A DNA stretch of 64,000 nucleotides from Chrysomallon squamiferum (Eukaryota > Animalia > Mollusca). Positions 36,301-50,159 of the stretch are shown here, in pieces. A program made the translations under genes and the position numbers. Location: contig CM022679.1 of NCBI GenBank assembly GCA_012295275.1, forward strand, positions 24,490,001-24,554,000, given 5' to 3'. The stretch's first letter is position 1. Each line of letters opens with the position of its first letter. The notes under the pieces were generated by a model, which saw only the letters and a program-made list of their open reading frames with translations, searched no databases and was not told the DNA's origin.

Positions 36301-39300
36301 ATGACGAAGTCTTGAGTCTGAGAAAGGTAAATAAGTAAAAGCTGATGATTAATAACAATTTCATTACAGTTGTATCTCAAAAAGGCAAGGAAATAAATCT
36401 TATTTTTATATTATTTTACTGAAGAAATATTTTTAAATAAAAAAAATGATATTAAATTTGTCATTTAGAAATTATTTATGCTCTAAGTAGTTATAGCATG
36501 TGACTGAATTAGTAAATATAACCTTTCTATATAATTATTTTTTTAAATATGGTTTTAAAAAGTAATTAAAAAGATCCTCTGTCAATAATAGTGTTGCAAT
36601 ATTTTAATTTCTTCTGTAATTTATTTTCATACAGAAAATTAGTGCTTTGAATCAGGATTTTGCTACAATGAAGGCCAAGGTCAGAAGACTTGAGGAGGAT
36701 AATATTAAAAAGGTCTGTATTACTTTTACTTTATTAAACTCTCAATTATTTAAAAAAGGAAGATGCTTTAAAGAACTGTTTTTTCTGATATGATCTTTTT
36801 ATACTAAAGAATTTTAAATACAAGAATCAAAGATTTTATTATTGTATAATATTTCTTTCTTTTCTTAAATTTTGATGTTGTATATCTTAAAGACATCACT
36901 TTGATTAATTGCTTTACGTGCAGTTTAAGTAGTTTTGTTTTCCTGTTCTTTTGTTGTGATTGTTTTTTATTTTTTTATTTTTTAAATGTGTCTAAATAGA
37001 TAAGGCATACATTGTACATTATAATATTATAAGGAATGGAAATTGTTAGAACTGCTTTATTGTTTGAGAGTTAAACTTGTCTAAAAATCAGTTATTATGG
37101 GGTTTTTTTTTTACAGGAAAAAGAAATTGAGAATTTGCTGAATCCTTCAAAGGTAAAATTTCTTATGTATTTGATGCATCTTAGCATGTATCTAAGCATA
37201 ATTATCTTGTTCATTTTCTGTTGAAAGAAAAACAAAGCAACATAGATAAAATATATATTTAATATAACTGATTTTATTATCAAAAGACTGCTCCACATTC
37301 TGTTAAGTTTATTTATCTGTTTTATTGGGAAGGACTGCAAAGAAGTGTTTAAACAATACCATTTTGTATTACTTGGAATAATTACAAACTGGTACTATTT
37401 AATAAAACTTTATTCAAGAACTATTATTATATATATTATAATAAATAGACAAAATTGTTACCTCTCTTGAAAAAGTCATGTTGAATCCCTGCTAAAATAT
37501 AAATTTCAAAATGTAAACATTCAGATAATTTAATGTTACGGAAATTTATTTCTCAGAGTGATGAATTAAGAAGAACGCTTGGAGACAGGAAGCCTGATTC
37601 TGGGGCTGTTATACACAGCCTTAAACAGAAAATACTGAAACTTGAAATACAGCTGAGAGAAAAAGAACAGTCATATGCGTAAGAATAAATATCTATAAAT
37701 ACATATATTGACACTCCCACTGATGTTTATACTATTTCTTAAGAGAGAATGATAGATAGTTAAAACAAATAGACACTGCCATTATTCCACATTTTAGTCT
37801 AGGATTTCTTGAGTCATAATTTCATGATTTGTTCTTCCTGGTGCACCTGCCTGTAAACCAGTTATTCACATTCCTTGATACGTGCTTCCCTATCAGTAAA
37901 AAAGTGTTTACAAAGATTTCCTATTTGTATTTCATAACAATAGTACTTGAATACATGCAATGAATTTGTTATTACACTATTATACAAACAAAATATTAGC
38001 TTGTTGTCTAATAAGCCTGAATATTAAAATATTGATAAAACACTGATATATTGTGTATAAATAATGTTTTAGTAAACTTGCTTCTGATCTGAAGACAACA
38101 AAGATTGATGAGATGAAGGCTCAGATGGAAGTGTTTTACCAAGAAATTTATCGACTTCAGCAATCTAAGGATACAGGCACAGGCAGAGGGAGGTAAGAGA
38201 ATCATTAATTTCAAAACTAAATATAAAAAGATGTTCAGTATAAGAAAAGTTACAAAGTACAATATTAATCTGTAACATAACAATCTATATGCTTTAGAAC
38301 TAATTTCATTTTCAGAAATGAACTCACTTAAGTCTTAAATTTCTTTATGTCTGTTTTAGAGTCTTTATCAATCCACAACATTTAACACAACATAATAGGT
38401 TTTTTTTCTAAACCATCATTTACTAACTCTTGTACAAGGCAGTTTATTTTGAATCTCTGTTATATTTGTTTTAAGGTCAGGAAAAGATAACAGTACTAAA
38501 ATCAGTGCTCTCAATGAGACAGTTATCAGACTGAGTAAAACCAATGAACAGCTGCAGTTAGAAAACAAAGGGTTAAAAGCTGATCTACTTAGACTTCAAG
38601 AACAGGGATTGGATTCAGCAACAGGCAAAAAAGGTTCAAAAAATTACATTTTCTTTATTTTAAACTTATTGTCTACTTTTAAGAATCATGTTATTATTAC
38701 TTTTTATTTTATAATTTTTGTTACTGCAGTAAATAAGTTCAAAATATTCTTTTATTTATTTTTTTACTATTTTTTTTTTTAACTTTTGTCTTTATATTAT
38801 TTGCTTAAAATAAAATTCTGTATAGGTAGTATATCTGTTCACTGTTTTGAAAACTGAAGATAATCTGAATCCTTTATAATTTCCTTTATTTTACTCTATA
38901 TGAATTCAGTATGAAATTAAATTATTTGTAGAATTTATTATTCATAATCAGTCATAAAGTGAGCAATAGCATCATTTTGCTTCACTCTATATGCAATTAA
39001 TTCAGTTACAAACACTCAAGTGTTGTTTGTTAATAATATGGTATTCATTGAGGCTATGTTATGTTCCAACTGTATTTCACAACTAAATATTAAAGAGTAA
39101 GCATTTTTCGGAATAAAATGAAATGATATTCTATTTCAAAATATTGTGATGGTTTCTCTGTGTTCATTAGGTGAATATGAGGACATGAACAGACGAGAAC
39201 TTCTAGCTGAATTAACTCGACTGAAAAAGGTAAGAATGGAGAAATAAGCAAAGCAAAATCTGTACATAAAGAACAAACGAAGAAAAGAAAAATAATTTCT

Positions 39301-42300
39301 TAACAAAATGAAGATGAGTTGTAGACAATAAAAGTGAAAGATGCTTATTCAAAAGAATTCCAGTATACTGAAATTTTGTCTTTTTTAATCCAGTTATTTC
39401 AAAGCAAAATATTCCTGCAAGTAGTTAGATTTTTCCCATAGATATATTTAATTTTTTTTTTATTTATTTATTTTTTTTAGCATTGCTTGTATTGTTATCT
39501 TAGAATGTTTGGTGGAACGAACGAATGTACATCTTTATATATATATATATTTATTATGTTTATTAGCGGGCTGAAAAGGCAGAAAGACGATTGGACACTG
39601 ACAGTTTATCAATGGCTTCATTTGACAGTCATAGGGGACAAGTTGCAGGTTAGAACATACACAAATGTCATCTTATTTGTTTTATGCCAAATGCATCTTT
39701 TGGTAAATATATCTGAATATATGTCAGTAACACAGGGCACTTTTTTTCATATCATATTGTATTAAGAATACATAAATTATCCTTTGTTTTGTGTTAGAAA
39801 ATATGTCTGCATACACAGCAGTGACAATTCTGTTTTTTTTTTTTTTTTTTTTTTTTTTTTTGTTTATTTTATTCAGAATTATTATTTTTATATTTTTATA
39901 AGTAAACGTCTGTAATCAGTTACAGATATGTAAAATATTTTTAAAATAATGTTATTAGATTTTGTTGATGATATATATAATTATCTTTATTATAATTATA
40001 TATATATATATCAATTTCAACTGTGTTGGATTGGAAACTTCTGTTTTCAAATATTGTCATATATTATTAAAAGCAAATTGTGGTATCTCTGTTTCCAGCA
40101 TAAATAAATAAAATGACTGCATGAAAGTAAACAAAATATATTTAGTCTTTATTTTTTTTTGTCGTATTATATAATATGCTGCTTTGCTTTGACATGATAA
40201 CTGAAGACTGTTTTTCTTTCTTTTGGCAGGTAAAATAGGTCTACGTGGCACTTTGGAAGATAGACTTCATCAGCTTGATCAACGAGAAACAGAGCTGCTT
40301 GAAGAGGTGGAGAAACAAAAAAGTCTAATAAAGAGATTAAAAGAAGAACTGAGTCGGTACAGAAATCTTAAAGAGTGAGTTTTCTCAATCATTTTGTTCT
40401 TTGAGGATGGGGAGTTGATTGGTTTCTTTGTTACTGCATTTACTTTTTTGTTATTTTTTTATTTTTTTTAATACCATCAGCTAACAGATGATAGAGTTTT
40501 GTTTAGTTCTAACAGTTGTATATATTTGCATTTCATATCAAATTTAACAGAAATCAGTAATCCATGAATTTGCTTTGGGAGACTAGTTAATAAGCCCTCA
40601 TATCTGAGCATTGATTTCTTAATGTAAGAATTTGGATACAAAAAAATATATATATACAAATACATATACATATATATATGTTTGCAAGTTTCATAGTTGT
40701 TCAGCTTCATTACAACAGATATACTTATCCTATTTGTTATATTAATATTTACAGCAAAAGCTCGAAGCCTCCAACACCTAGGTCATCAAGGACAACAGTG
40801 CCTCAGAAACTTCCCAGGTAATGTCAATAGCTGCTGTATTTTTTATGTTTAAGATAACATGGAATTTAAATAGATTATTTTCATGAACTTTAAAAATACA
40901 TTGTTTTAAATGACAAAGAAAGGAGTTATGATTTTCATTCATTTTTGTTCCTTTTTTTATATGTGTTTTTTAAATTCTATTTTCTGGTGTTTTATGCACC
41001 TTTCTAAGCTACTTTACTAATCTACCTAATCCTACTCTGCTCTGCTCTGCTCTGCTGTGACTGCCCTGCCCTTCCCTTTCATACCATAATCTAGCCTCTC
41101 CTACTCTAATCTACCATACCTGTAATACTCTATACCACCCTACCATACGCTTCTCTGTCTACTCTGCTCTGATCTAATCTGCTCTGTTCTATTCTATTCT
41201 GTTCTCCATTTCATTCCATTCAACTCTATCTCTATACTTTTTTTTTCCACTTCTTTTTTATATTCTTCTCTCTAGCAGGTCAGGATCAGTGGATTATGGG
41301 TTTGAGAAAAAGATTGAAGAATTTTCTAAACAACGAGCTGCTAAGAGTATTCAACAAACATGGCGACAGCGACAGAACAGAAAGTTGAAAGAAGAAGAAG
41401 AGGTAAGGAATAATTGGACCTGAGAAATGACTTCTAGAGACATTTTGTCAGTAGTAACATTTATTAGTATTTTTATTATTTTTATTATTTAGTCTGTTTC
41501 TAACACAACTGACCTTAGGTTTGTAGTAGAGTATTTATTAAGAATAAACAAAAATAAAAACAAGAATGAAAAAGTATTATAAAACATAATATACAAAACA
41601 TCCTGAAATTTATCTTTTTTATTTTATTTTATAATTTTTTTTTAATATATGTTTTAGTGAAAAAAAAAAAAATTTTTATATATATATATATATAAAAAAA
41701 AAAGGTTAATTCAACAAGTTTTCTTAGTATTGTATCTGTTAAAATAAACTTGCAGAGAAAAAGGAAAGAAAAGGTTGAAGAATTAAGAGAAAGTCATGCA
41801 AAAGTCATACAATGGCTGGAACATGAACAGGTTGAATTTGAATGAATCTTGGAAACGTGTATTAATATTTAAAAAAACAAAAACTAATTTTTTATTGTTA
41901 TTTATGTATGACCTGTTTCACATTCCTGTTACATACATTTGATCTTGCAAGTCAAAAGAAGTTAAACTTTACTTTACACAAAAATAAAGAGTTTGATATG
42001 CAAGACCAAAAATGTGTGTAATATTTTTGAATTTTTGTTCATGCTCAATTGCTGGCCAAGCTAGTTTATTTCACAGTGAATATGATGAAATATTTCCAGC
42101 TTGCAGTTATTTACTGATGTGCTTTTAACTGGCTTAAACATGTTTTCAATAACTTTTTTTGTTTTAATTTATAAAAATAACCGATACAGAAAGAGAAAAT
42201 GAATATCTTTTATGGTTTCCATTTTTCTTCTGTTTATAGTCATGTATTGATTTGTTTAATATCTAAAATGTAATGTAAAATTTTAAAGAATTTTTATTAC

Positions 42301-44383
42301 AGGTTGATTATTTTTATTATATTCATTACTCCAGTGGTTGAAAACATTGGACTTCTTTTTCTGTTATAATTTATTTATTTATTTATTTTTGAAAAGGACA
42401 GAGGGGTCAAAAGAATAAATTAGATGTTTTGTTTCAGAATTAAAATTTATAATTAATCTGTTTGGGAAATATAGCCATTACATAAATAAAAAAATTGCTT
42501 ATTTTATTTGTTTTTCTCTAATGATTAGCATGTTAACTAAAATATCTTCATAGATTTTTTGTTTGCTTTGCTGCATTACAATCCTGGCTTTTGTGGTTGT
42601 TAAAATAACTAGTATGCTACTGTATATTTTGGGCTGGTTTTAGACATACATTAAACTAGGTGTGCATTTGCATCTTAAAGTCTGAAGTGCCCAAATTTAT
42701 TTTGAACACAGTTTTATTCTACATCATCAGTTGCTAAATACTAATTTTTATAATTCTTACAATTGCTGCTGTTGTTGTCATTGTTATAGTTATGTCATGT
42801 GGCTGTCATCAGTGGTTACTGGTGCCCACCTTCTGTCATGAGACACCTTGCCTTCTTGCTATGCTTAAACCCAGCTCTGTAGACAATCTTAGCTGTCTTC
42901 TTATTATGTTTCTGCATGTGTAAATATAATTATAAAAAAACGTTTTTAAGTATTCTTATCTTTATTTTTATATTCTGTTTTGTAAAAGATATTTAACCAA
43001 AATAAAGGATTTTTTAAGCACACATCATTATATGTGGCTAAAATTAAAGATATTTTGTAAAAAAAAGTATTTAGAATGAATTTAATCCAAAATAAACAAA
43101 CTTTGATTTATATACATGTTTTTCTTTCTTATTCTTTAATCTCTTTTTGTAGCAAATAGGATGATACACTTTTGTGAATGTTATATTATTGTGAGCACTC
43201 TTCTCTTCATATTTTTTTAATTTTATATATATATTTTCTTATGTAATCTTTTCTCTAAACTCTGTTGTCTTGTGAATCTAGGCAAGGAAAGTGGAACAAT
43301 TCAGACAAAACCATGCAGCCAAGAAAATCCAGACACACTGGCATATACATCAACAGGATGAAGTATGTAATTATAAATAAAATTATAACTGCCAATTCAA
43401 ATATTAAAATATACTAACATTTGCTTTGTATTCACTTAAACACTAATCATGTTGTTCAAAAAAAAATTCTAAGACATGGTTTTAGTTTTTAAAAATGTAC
43501 AGAAGAATTAAGTTGCGCTGAATGATCAAAAAAAAAAATATATATATATATATTTCCTGAAACAAACTTTATGAAAATCAGTGCCCATTAAATAAAAGTA
43601 ATAAAACATCATACAAGTTCCTTTTTAATTCAGTTAATTAGGTTTCTGTTTGAAAAGGACTTTTTATTGAAGTGGGAATAAAAATTAATTGTAATTATAA
43701 CATACTTTTAAATAATAATCTGTCCAGAAATATTGACAATATAAAAATAAGGGAGAAAAGTAGTAAAGAATGCTGAGAGAGAAGAAATACTTGATGTTAC
43801 AAAGAAAACTGTTTAAATGTATTCTTTTTTCTGATTACTTCTTTTTCGGAATGCTTATAAATCTCTGCATGTGAAGTATATCTTACTTGTTTGTGATGAT
43901 AGTTATTTAGACTGACATTTACTCTGTATGTGAATGTATTTCTTCTTTGCATGATCATTATTTGCACGACATTTGAACGACAAATAGTTAGCAAAAGATT
44001 TGTTTTTCTTTCTTTTTAATATTGTAATATTGTGTTTGGTCAAGATCATTCTTATTAAATTCTTATACTTAAATTTTTATTGATTTTTTCTTGATCATTG
44101 TTTGATATTAAGGATACAGAATGTGAAATAAGTTCTGATTCTGAATCAGCTGTGTAGTCCAATTTATCCTGAGATTTACCAAAATCAGATATTAATATAA
44201 TCTGCAGATATATATGTTTATGCTAGAAGTTTGAATTTAATGTTACAAATCTGCTACAAATATAACCTGTATGTCATGCCGCAATTCATTTTTGGCAGGT
44301 GTGGGGGTTTCTATTAATTCTTCATTATTTTTATTTTTTTTTATTAAATCTTTTTTTATTTAATCTTTTTTTTTCATTTTATT

Positions 44384-44418
<35 letters not shown>

Positions 44419-45011
44419 TTTTTTTTTTATTATTTTTTTTTTTTTTTTTTTTTTTTTTATTTATATATTTTTGTAATATGTGGAGAAAAAAAGGTGTCTC
44501 AATTATCTATTTTGAACATTTCAGGGTAATAATAATTTATATTGTTTTTTTTTTTTTTTTTTCCCATGCACAAAAATCATGGTCCATGGCAAATTAAAAG
44601 ATTTTTTTTCACACATTAAATTTATCTGTGTATGAAGAATAGATTGAATAAATGTTTTGGATCACTGAAGTCTATTTAAGTATGCACACCATAAGTACAC
44701 CATACATATACACATACATCAACATACACATGTACACCATACTTATGTGTGTATAACACATTCATTCAATTCAATACACCAATTGTACATGCTCAACATA
44801 CAATTAAAAATATAAATACAATACACAAATATGGTACACCATATATAGTCACCAAATATATTCAACATTAAAGAAACCTTTGGTGGATAAATTTAAAATA
44901 AGTACGTTAGTGAAAAATCTTAATTGAGTTATAATTTTTAAATTAAACTAAGGTGTATTGTTTCAAAACTACCTTAAATTAAGTAATGTGTGTGTATATA
45001 TAAATACATAA

Positions 45012-45051
<40 letters not shown>

Positions 45052-47320
45052 CTTCCATAGAATAATAAAACAAAGAAATATCATTAACACATTTCTCACC
45101 ACTGGACTCAGTCTTAAGCAAAATAATAATTATATATTTGTTAATCTATACCTAACTGACATTTCAAAAAAAAAAAAAAAAAAAACTGTATTATTATTAT
45201 TTTTATTAATTTTAATTTATTAATAATTTTTTTAAAATATTTCCTACAGTTTTTTTATATTTCTCTGTTTTAACTCAGGCTGCAGTAGACATACAGGCCA
45301 CACTCAGAGGTCACCAGAACCGCAAAATTGGCTTCGTCAGTTTGACGAAGACAGCAGTGATGGGAGTGAAGACTACAGTGACGCTGTGGACCTCATCAAA
45401 TCTTCACTGCAAGGACATCATGCTAGAAAGAGAACTGTTCAGAAGATCAGGTTTGTCACTGAATGTTAAATTGATCTTTCTTCTTTTTTTTTCTTTTTTT
45501 TTTTGCTGTATGGACATAAAGATGATTAGCTAATTGACTGAATTAAAATATATTTATGTAGGATATACATGTACAAATAATGTCTTAATATGTGAGTATG
45601 GTTTTTTAACTGTGTAACAACTAATAACACAGAGAGATTTGGTCAATAATTTAATTGTAAATAAATACAAGATACGTGGGTGAAATGTATTCTATTTTAT
45701 CAATATATCTCTCATTCATTTTACTGTTAAACAGCCAATAAGAGAACATTTTATAGGATTGTTGGTAATTCTGTTTCTGTGTTAAATTACATTACTTTGT
45801 TTTATTATTCTATGCAATTCTTAAAAAAAAAAAAGATAAAAAAAAAGGTTTGAATACATATTATTTAATTTAAGATAGTTTTGAAACAATACATTTTTAA
45901 ACAGTTTAATTTTAGAATTACGTATCCACCAAAGGTTTGTTTTGCCATGTTTTATCAGAGATACATGAAAAATGTTTATCAAATCAAATTAATGAATGTG
46001 TTTCAGACAAGACTGGACAGACACTGATGAGGAAAGTGTGTACAGTTCAGGATCAAGGCGACCCTCCTCAGCTCACCACTCTCGACCCTCGTCTGGTCAG
46101 TAAACCTGTTTATTTTAACTGTGGCATGAAACATACTTAAACTGATTTCTAACAGCTGTGGTGTAATGTATACTTCTCACTTACAGTTGTGATATTTGCA
46201 GAGTAATGACTCAGATTGTTTATATTTTAATATTGATCCAACAAATGATGTACAAATAGCAGTCACAGAATCAGAATGGCACGCAGTAAAAAAAAATTTA
46301 AAGTTTTTTTGTTCTCTTTTTTTACATTTTTTCTTTTGATTTTGGATTTTGTACTAAATATTATTTCTTTTTCTCCTCTATGTGTTCCTTTAAATATACT
46401 TTAATTGATTTCTAACAGCTGTGGTGTAATGTAGACTTCTCACTTACTGTTGTGATATTTTCAGAGTAATGACTCAGATTGTTTATATTTTAATGTCAAT
46501 CCAACAAATGATGTACAAGTAGCAGTTATAGAATCAGAATTGCACTTAGTGAAAAACATTTTAAAGTTTTTTTTTTTCTTTTTTTTGTTTTTTTATACTA
46601 AATATTGTCTCTTTTTCTCCTCTATGTATTCCTTTTTATTATTATTATTATTATTAATATAATTGAAATTATTTTGATTTTATTTTTATAATTTTTCTTT
46701 TTTTTTTCTTTTACACTAAAGCAAAAAATGGCTGAAAATGAAATCGTTTACATAAAATATAATTTTGTTCTTTTTTGTTTTTCAGCAAAGTCAGGCAGTT
46801 TACGGGTAAGTTGTTATATAATGTAAAACCTTTTTTTTTAACTTTCCTTCTCCAGTTTTGTTCTGCTATAGAATTTTTTTTAACTGAATATGCTATTTTT
46901 CATCTATCTTCTAAATAATAACTTGTAATACAGAAGAGATGTATATATGTGTGTATGTATGTACATATGTCTGTGAATGTTTGTTTTTTATTGTCGATTC
47001 TTTTTTATTATTATTATTATTATTTTTATTATGTTCCAGTGTACATCTTATCACAGGTAGTCTTATAAAATTTAACAATGTAATTTTTTAATTTATCATG
47101 TAAGAAAACTGCTTTACTAAAAATTTAAAGCTCGGATAAAAAACCAGATTGTTGAGTATTCAGATAGAATGGATGGATGGATTCATACACATATTGTGAT
47201 ACCAAAATTATAAATATGTTCAAGTTCAGTTAATTTTGTTTTCAGAATTACTCTGACCATTCAAGACATCATTACTCCACACATGATGAAGATGATGCTG
47301 ATGATGACATTGTCATGTAG
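32140..47320 (+). CDS. IQCE: IQ domain-containing protein E-like, ~23 exons, ~651 aa after correcting one apparent 1-nt deletion
   Basis: Exons: 32140-32157, 33476-33523, 33803-33839, 34442-34480, 35050-35139, 35367-35456, 35758-35889, 36253-36326, 36635-36712, 37117-37152, 37557-37678, 38073-38192, 38476-38633, 39171-39229, 39567-39648, 40230-40374, 40755-40817, 41276-41402, 43282-43362, 45279-45450, 46007-46095, 46786-46805, 47246-47320 (TAG). GTPAYKTQEEYYDEVLSLRK, KVRRLEEDN, IENLLNPSK, RTLGDRKPD..VIHSLKQKILKLE, DLKTTKIDEMK, the IQ motifs and C-terminal DDDIVM match recalled vertebrate IQCE. The exon sum is 1955 nt, one short of a multiple of 3. Confidence 0.88.
34115..34360 (+). mobile_element. 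possible highly eroded SINE relic
   Basis: Blocks such as TTCCCAGTCAGTG, GTATGT..TTGTATTTGG and CATATAAAAGAT..TT.T..TAA occur in the order I recall for an abundant gastropod SINE family. Recognised from memory only. Confidence 0.25.
41020..41240. repeat. pyrimidine-rich pentamer simple repeat (CTCTG/CTACT/CTATT)
   Basis: Degenerate 5-bp periodicity directly upstream of the IQCE acceptor at 41275/41278. Confidence 0.75.
41756..41845 (+). CDS. alternative or decayed IQ-repeat exon of IQCE
   Basis: cttgcag|AGAAAA... reads RKRKEKVEELRESHAKVIQWLEHEQVEFE* in phase 0 and is similar to the neighbouring IQ exons; possible donor after 41830. Confidence 0.5.
   Translation, partial: RKRKEKVEELRESHAKVIQWLEHEQVEFE
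46130..46635. repeat. intronic tandem duplication, 263-bp period, 2 copies
   Basis: TGATTTCTAACAGCTGTGGTGTAATGTA at 46143 and 46406; colinear similarity continues to CTCCTCTATGT.TTCCTTT. Confidence 0.92.
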
Positions 47321-49473
47321 TACTGTTTCACTGCCCACCATTCTTCAGATGAATGTAATAATGTGTCTGTTATTACCTATATATATATAGACATATAAAG
47401 ACATAATTATGCTTTTCTATGACTGAATATGTGACAAATGGTATTTGCATGACACTTGCTGAGAATATTTCTAAAACTGTGAAAAAAATGAAATGATGTG
47501 AAAATAGCACATATATGTTCATAATTATATCTTGTTTTATTTTCAAAGTAATGTCATATAATTTTATTTTGAAAAATAATGTTTGCAGACAGGTGAAGCA
47601 ATGTTATTATATTTATTTTTAATTGTAGTATTATGTATTTCTAAATTTTATATATGTGTTTGTAAAAATGTATTTAAGAAATATTATAGTATTGCTAGTA
47701 CCTGTTACATATTATAATTGTCACCTGTGCCTTGTTAAATTGTAATTTGTAATTTAGGATCATTTGTTACATGCTGTTAATTAGAAGACAGAAAACACTC
47801 TTTAATTTATATCACTTTTCCATTAATTATTTCTAACAAAACTATTTAAATCTGTTAAAGTTGTAACAAATATTTTACAATAAGTGAAATGTTTAATTCC
47901 TTTACGAATTTTGAAATTATCTGTAGGTTACATATATTAAATTTCTTTTTGAATGCAGTATTTACAATACTATAATTATATGTGATGTAAATATTTAAAA
48001 CTTTCCATTCTTGATCATTATTTTTATTTTTCTGTAAATAAAATTGTTAACAATTAGTTAAATACAACAATATTTATAATGATATTAATTTCTTAATCTA
48101 AGTTATGTCAGTAGGTAGACAAAATGTAGACCAAATCATTCTTATTCAGTCCTTTTTTCAGGTTATTTTGTTGTCTGTTGTATTTTTTGTTAATGGCAGA
48201 AATTTAATTTCAAGCCACTACATCTTGTATATATATGAATAATTTTGGGGGAAATGTGATATATCTATATACAGCAGCAAGTGAAAATGTTATGATTGTA
48301 TTTATCCTCACAATTGTAACTAAGCACAGCACATTGAAAAATCTTAATATAATACATGTTCTGGAAGAAAATATTTATAGTACTGAAAAAATAATGTTGT
48401 ATCTACATTTTGTCATTGAATGACAGACATTTTAATTATGGATTTTGTTTGCTTTGGATCATTTTTTATATGTAAACAAGAACACTAACATATCAATAAC
48501 TGCTTTCATCTTGATTTTGATTTATGGATGGTCAAATGTTAATTGCAGTAAACAGTGATGTAAATCTCATGTTAAGCCATTTTACTTAGGTTCAAAATTT
48601 CTATTATGTTATACTCCATCATACTAGTATATCAATAACTATTTTTTTAATAATGAGGGAAGTGGATTGAGATTTAAATGTGATAAAAAGTCTTGTAAAA
48701 AAAATCTTGAACAGATGTGCTGTTAAAACAACAAATCATTTCTTTTACTTATTTTTTCATTTTTTAAAATTTTATTTTATTTATTTATTTTATTTTATTT
48801 TATTTTATTTTTGTTATTTTGTTCTGTATGGCTAAAACATTTTTTGTGTAAGTATTGCTTCTAGGAATGTTATATGTTACCCTAGGTGCCTTTAGGTAAA
48901 AGTCTAAAATGAAATTAAAATATACTGTTGACAAATTCTTCTCTATTATTAATGCCAACATTAATATAAATTTTTTGAAAATTTATTTACAAACACAAAC
49001 AGATACATTTATTATGACATTTATTTGTCTTCAACACACACAAACACAACCCAAAGCCAAGAATACCATGGAAATATGTACAACTTTTTTAAGAAACAGT
49101 CTACAAAGAATTTTTTATATTTAATTGTGTAAAGTATGTACATGTAATTTGAAATAACAGGCTGATATTGTGTAACTGCATAGAATTATAAATCAAGGAA
49201 ATATTTTTATTATACTTTATATTACTGAAGCCATCTGTAATGTTTTTACTTGCTCAAATTTCTGCTGAGAAATGCTGTATCAATATAATACTGATTTTGA
49301 ACTCACTTGTTATTCTAATATTCTTGTTATATATTTTAACACAGTAATTTGAAATCGGCCGTAACATTCCATTTTTTCATGCATTGTTAGTTTTCATTTG
49401 ACATGTAAGATAATGAATGCAGACCCCATCCGTAAGAAACAGTGGAATTCAATAGCACCATTAGTGTGGTATG

Positions 49474-49474
49474 T

Positions 49475-49535
<61 letters not shown>

Positions 49536-49547
49536 TGTGATGGTGAT
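49474..49547. repeat. (GAT)n/(GGT)n microsatellite
   Basis: Direct inspection; it explains the poly-D, poly-S and poly-I ORFs in the track. Confidence 0.92.
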
Positions 49548-50159
49548 GAGAGTTTTGGGATAATAATCAGCTTCATAATAAAGCTTTCCACTTAATCTTT
49601 CTTTTCTTGACAAGATTTGTTTTTTAATTATTATTATTATAGGCATTGATTCTCTACAAATATGTCATTAACACAGATAACTTCATTTGGTCATTTCATT
49701 TTTTGAAGCATTTTTTATACTAATTTTATTTCATCCCGATGTTCGCACAATATATATGTGTCTTAAGTTTCCGTCCAGTTTTAGTTTGTTATTTTTGTTG
49801 AAAATCTGTAGTATTGAAAAGAAACCTATAATGATCTCGTATTTAGATTTACAGAATAAAAATATCAGAGTATTAAAGAATTTTTGTTTTTCTTTATGTT
49901 GTGTATGTGATACAGTGTATATGTATATGTGTGCACAAGTGCATGACACCAGTGGATTCCACTTTTGATATCATTACTCAAAAGAAACTAAAACAGACAT
50001 AATTGATACCTAATAAATGTTTTTAAAATGCAAATATTCATTTGTCTGGATAGTGAGTTTGAAAAGTCCAGCAAATACATTTACAACAAAAAAATACTTG
50101 AAGTCTTGAAGGTAACAATAATTCAGCTGATATTTTTGTTTTAATTAAATACAGTAACA

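Noticed and set aside
49394-49646. Poly-Asp, poly-Ser and poly-Ile ORFs suggesting an acidic biomineralisation protein
   Set aside because: A pure (GAT)n microsatellite lying just after a donor-like site, with no signal peptide.
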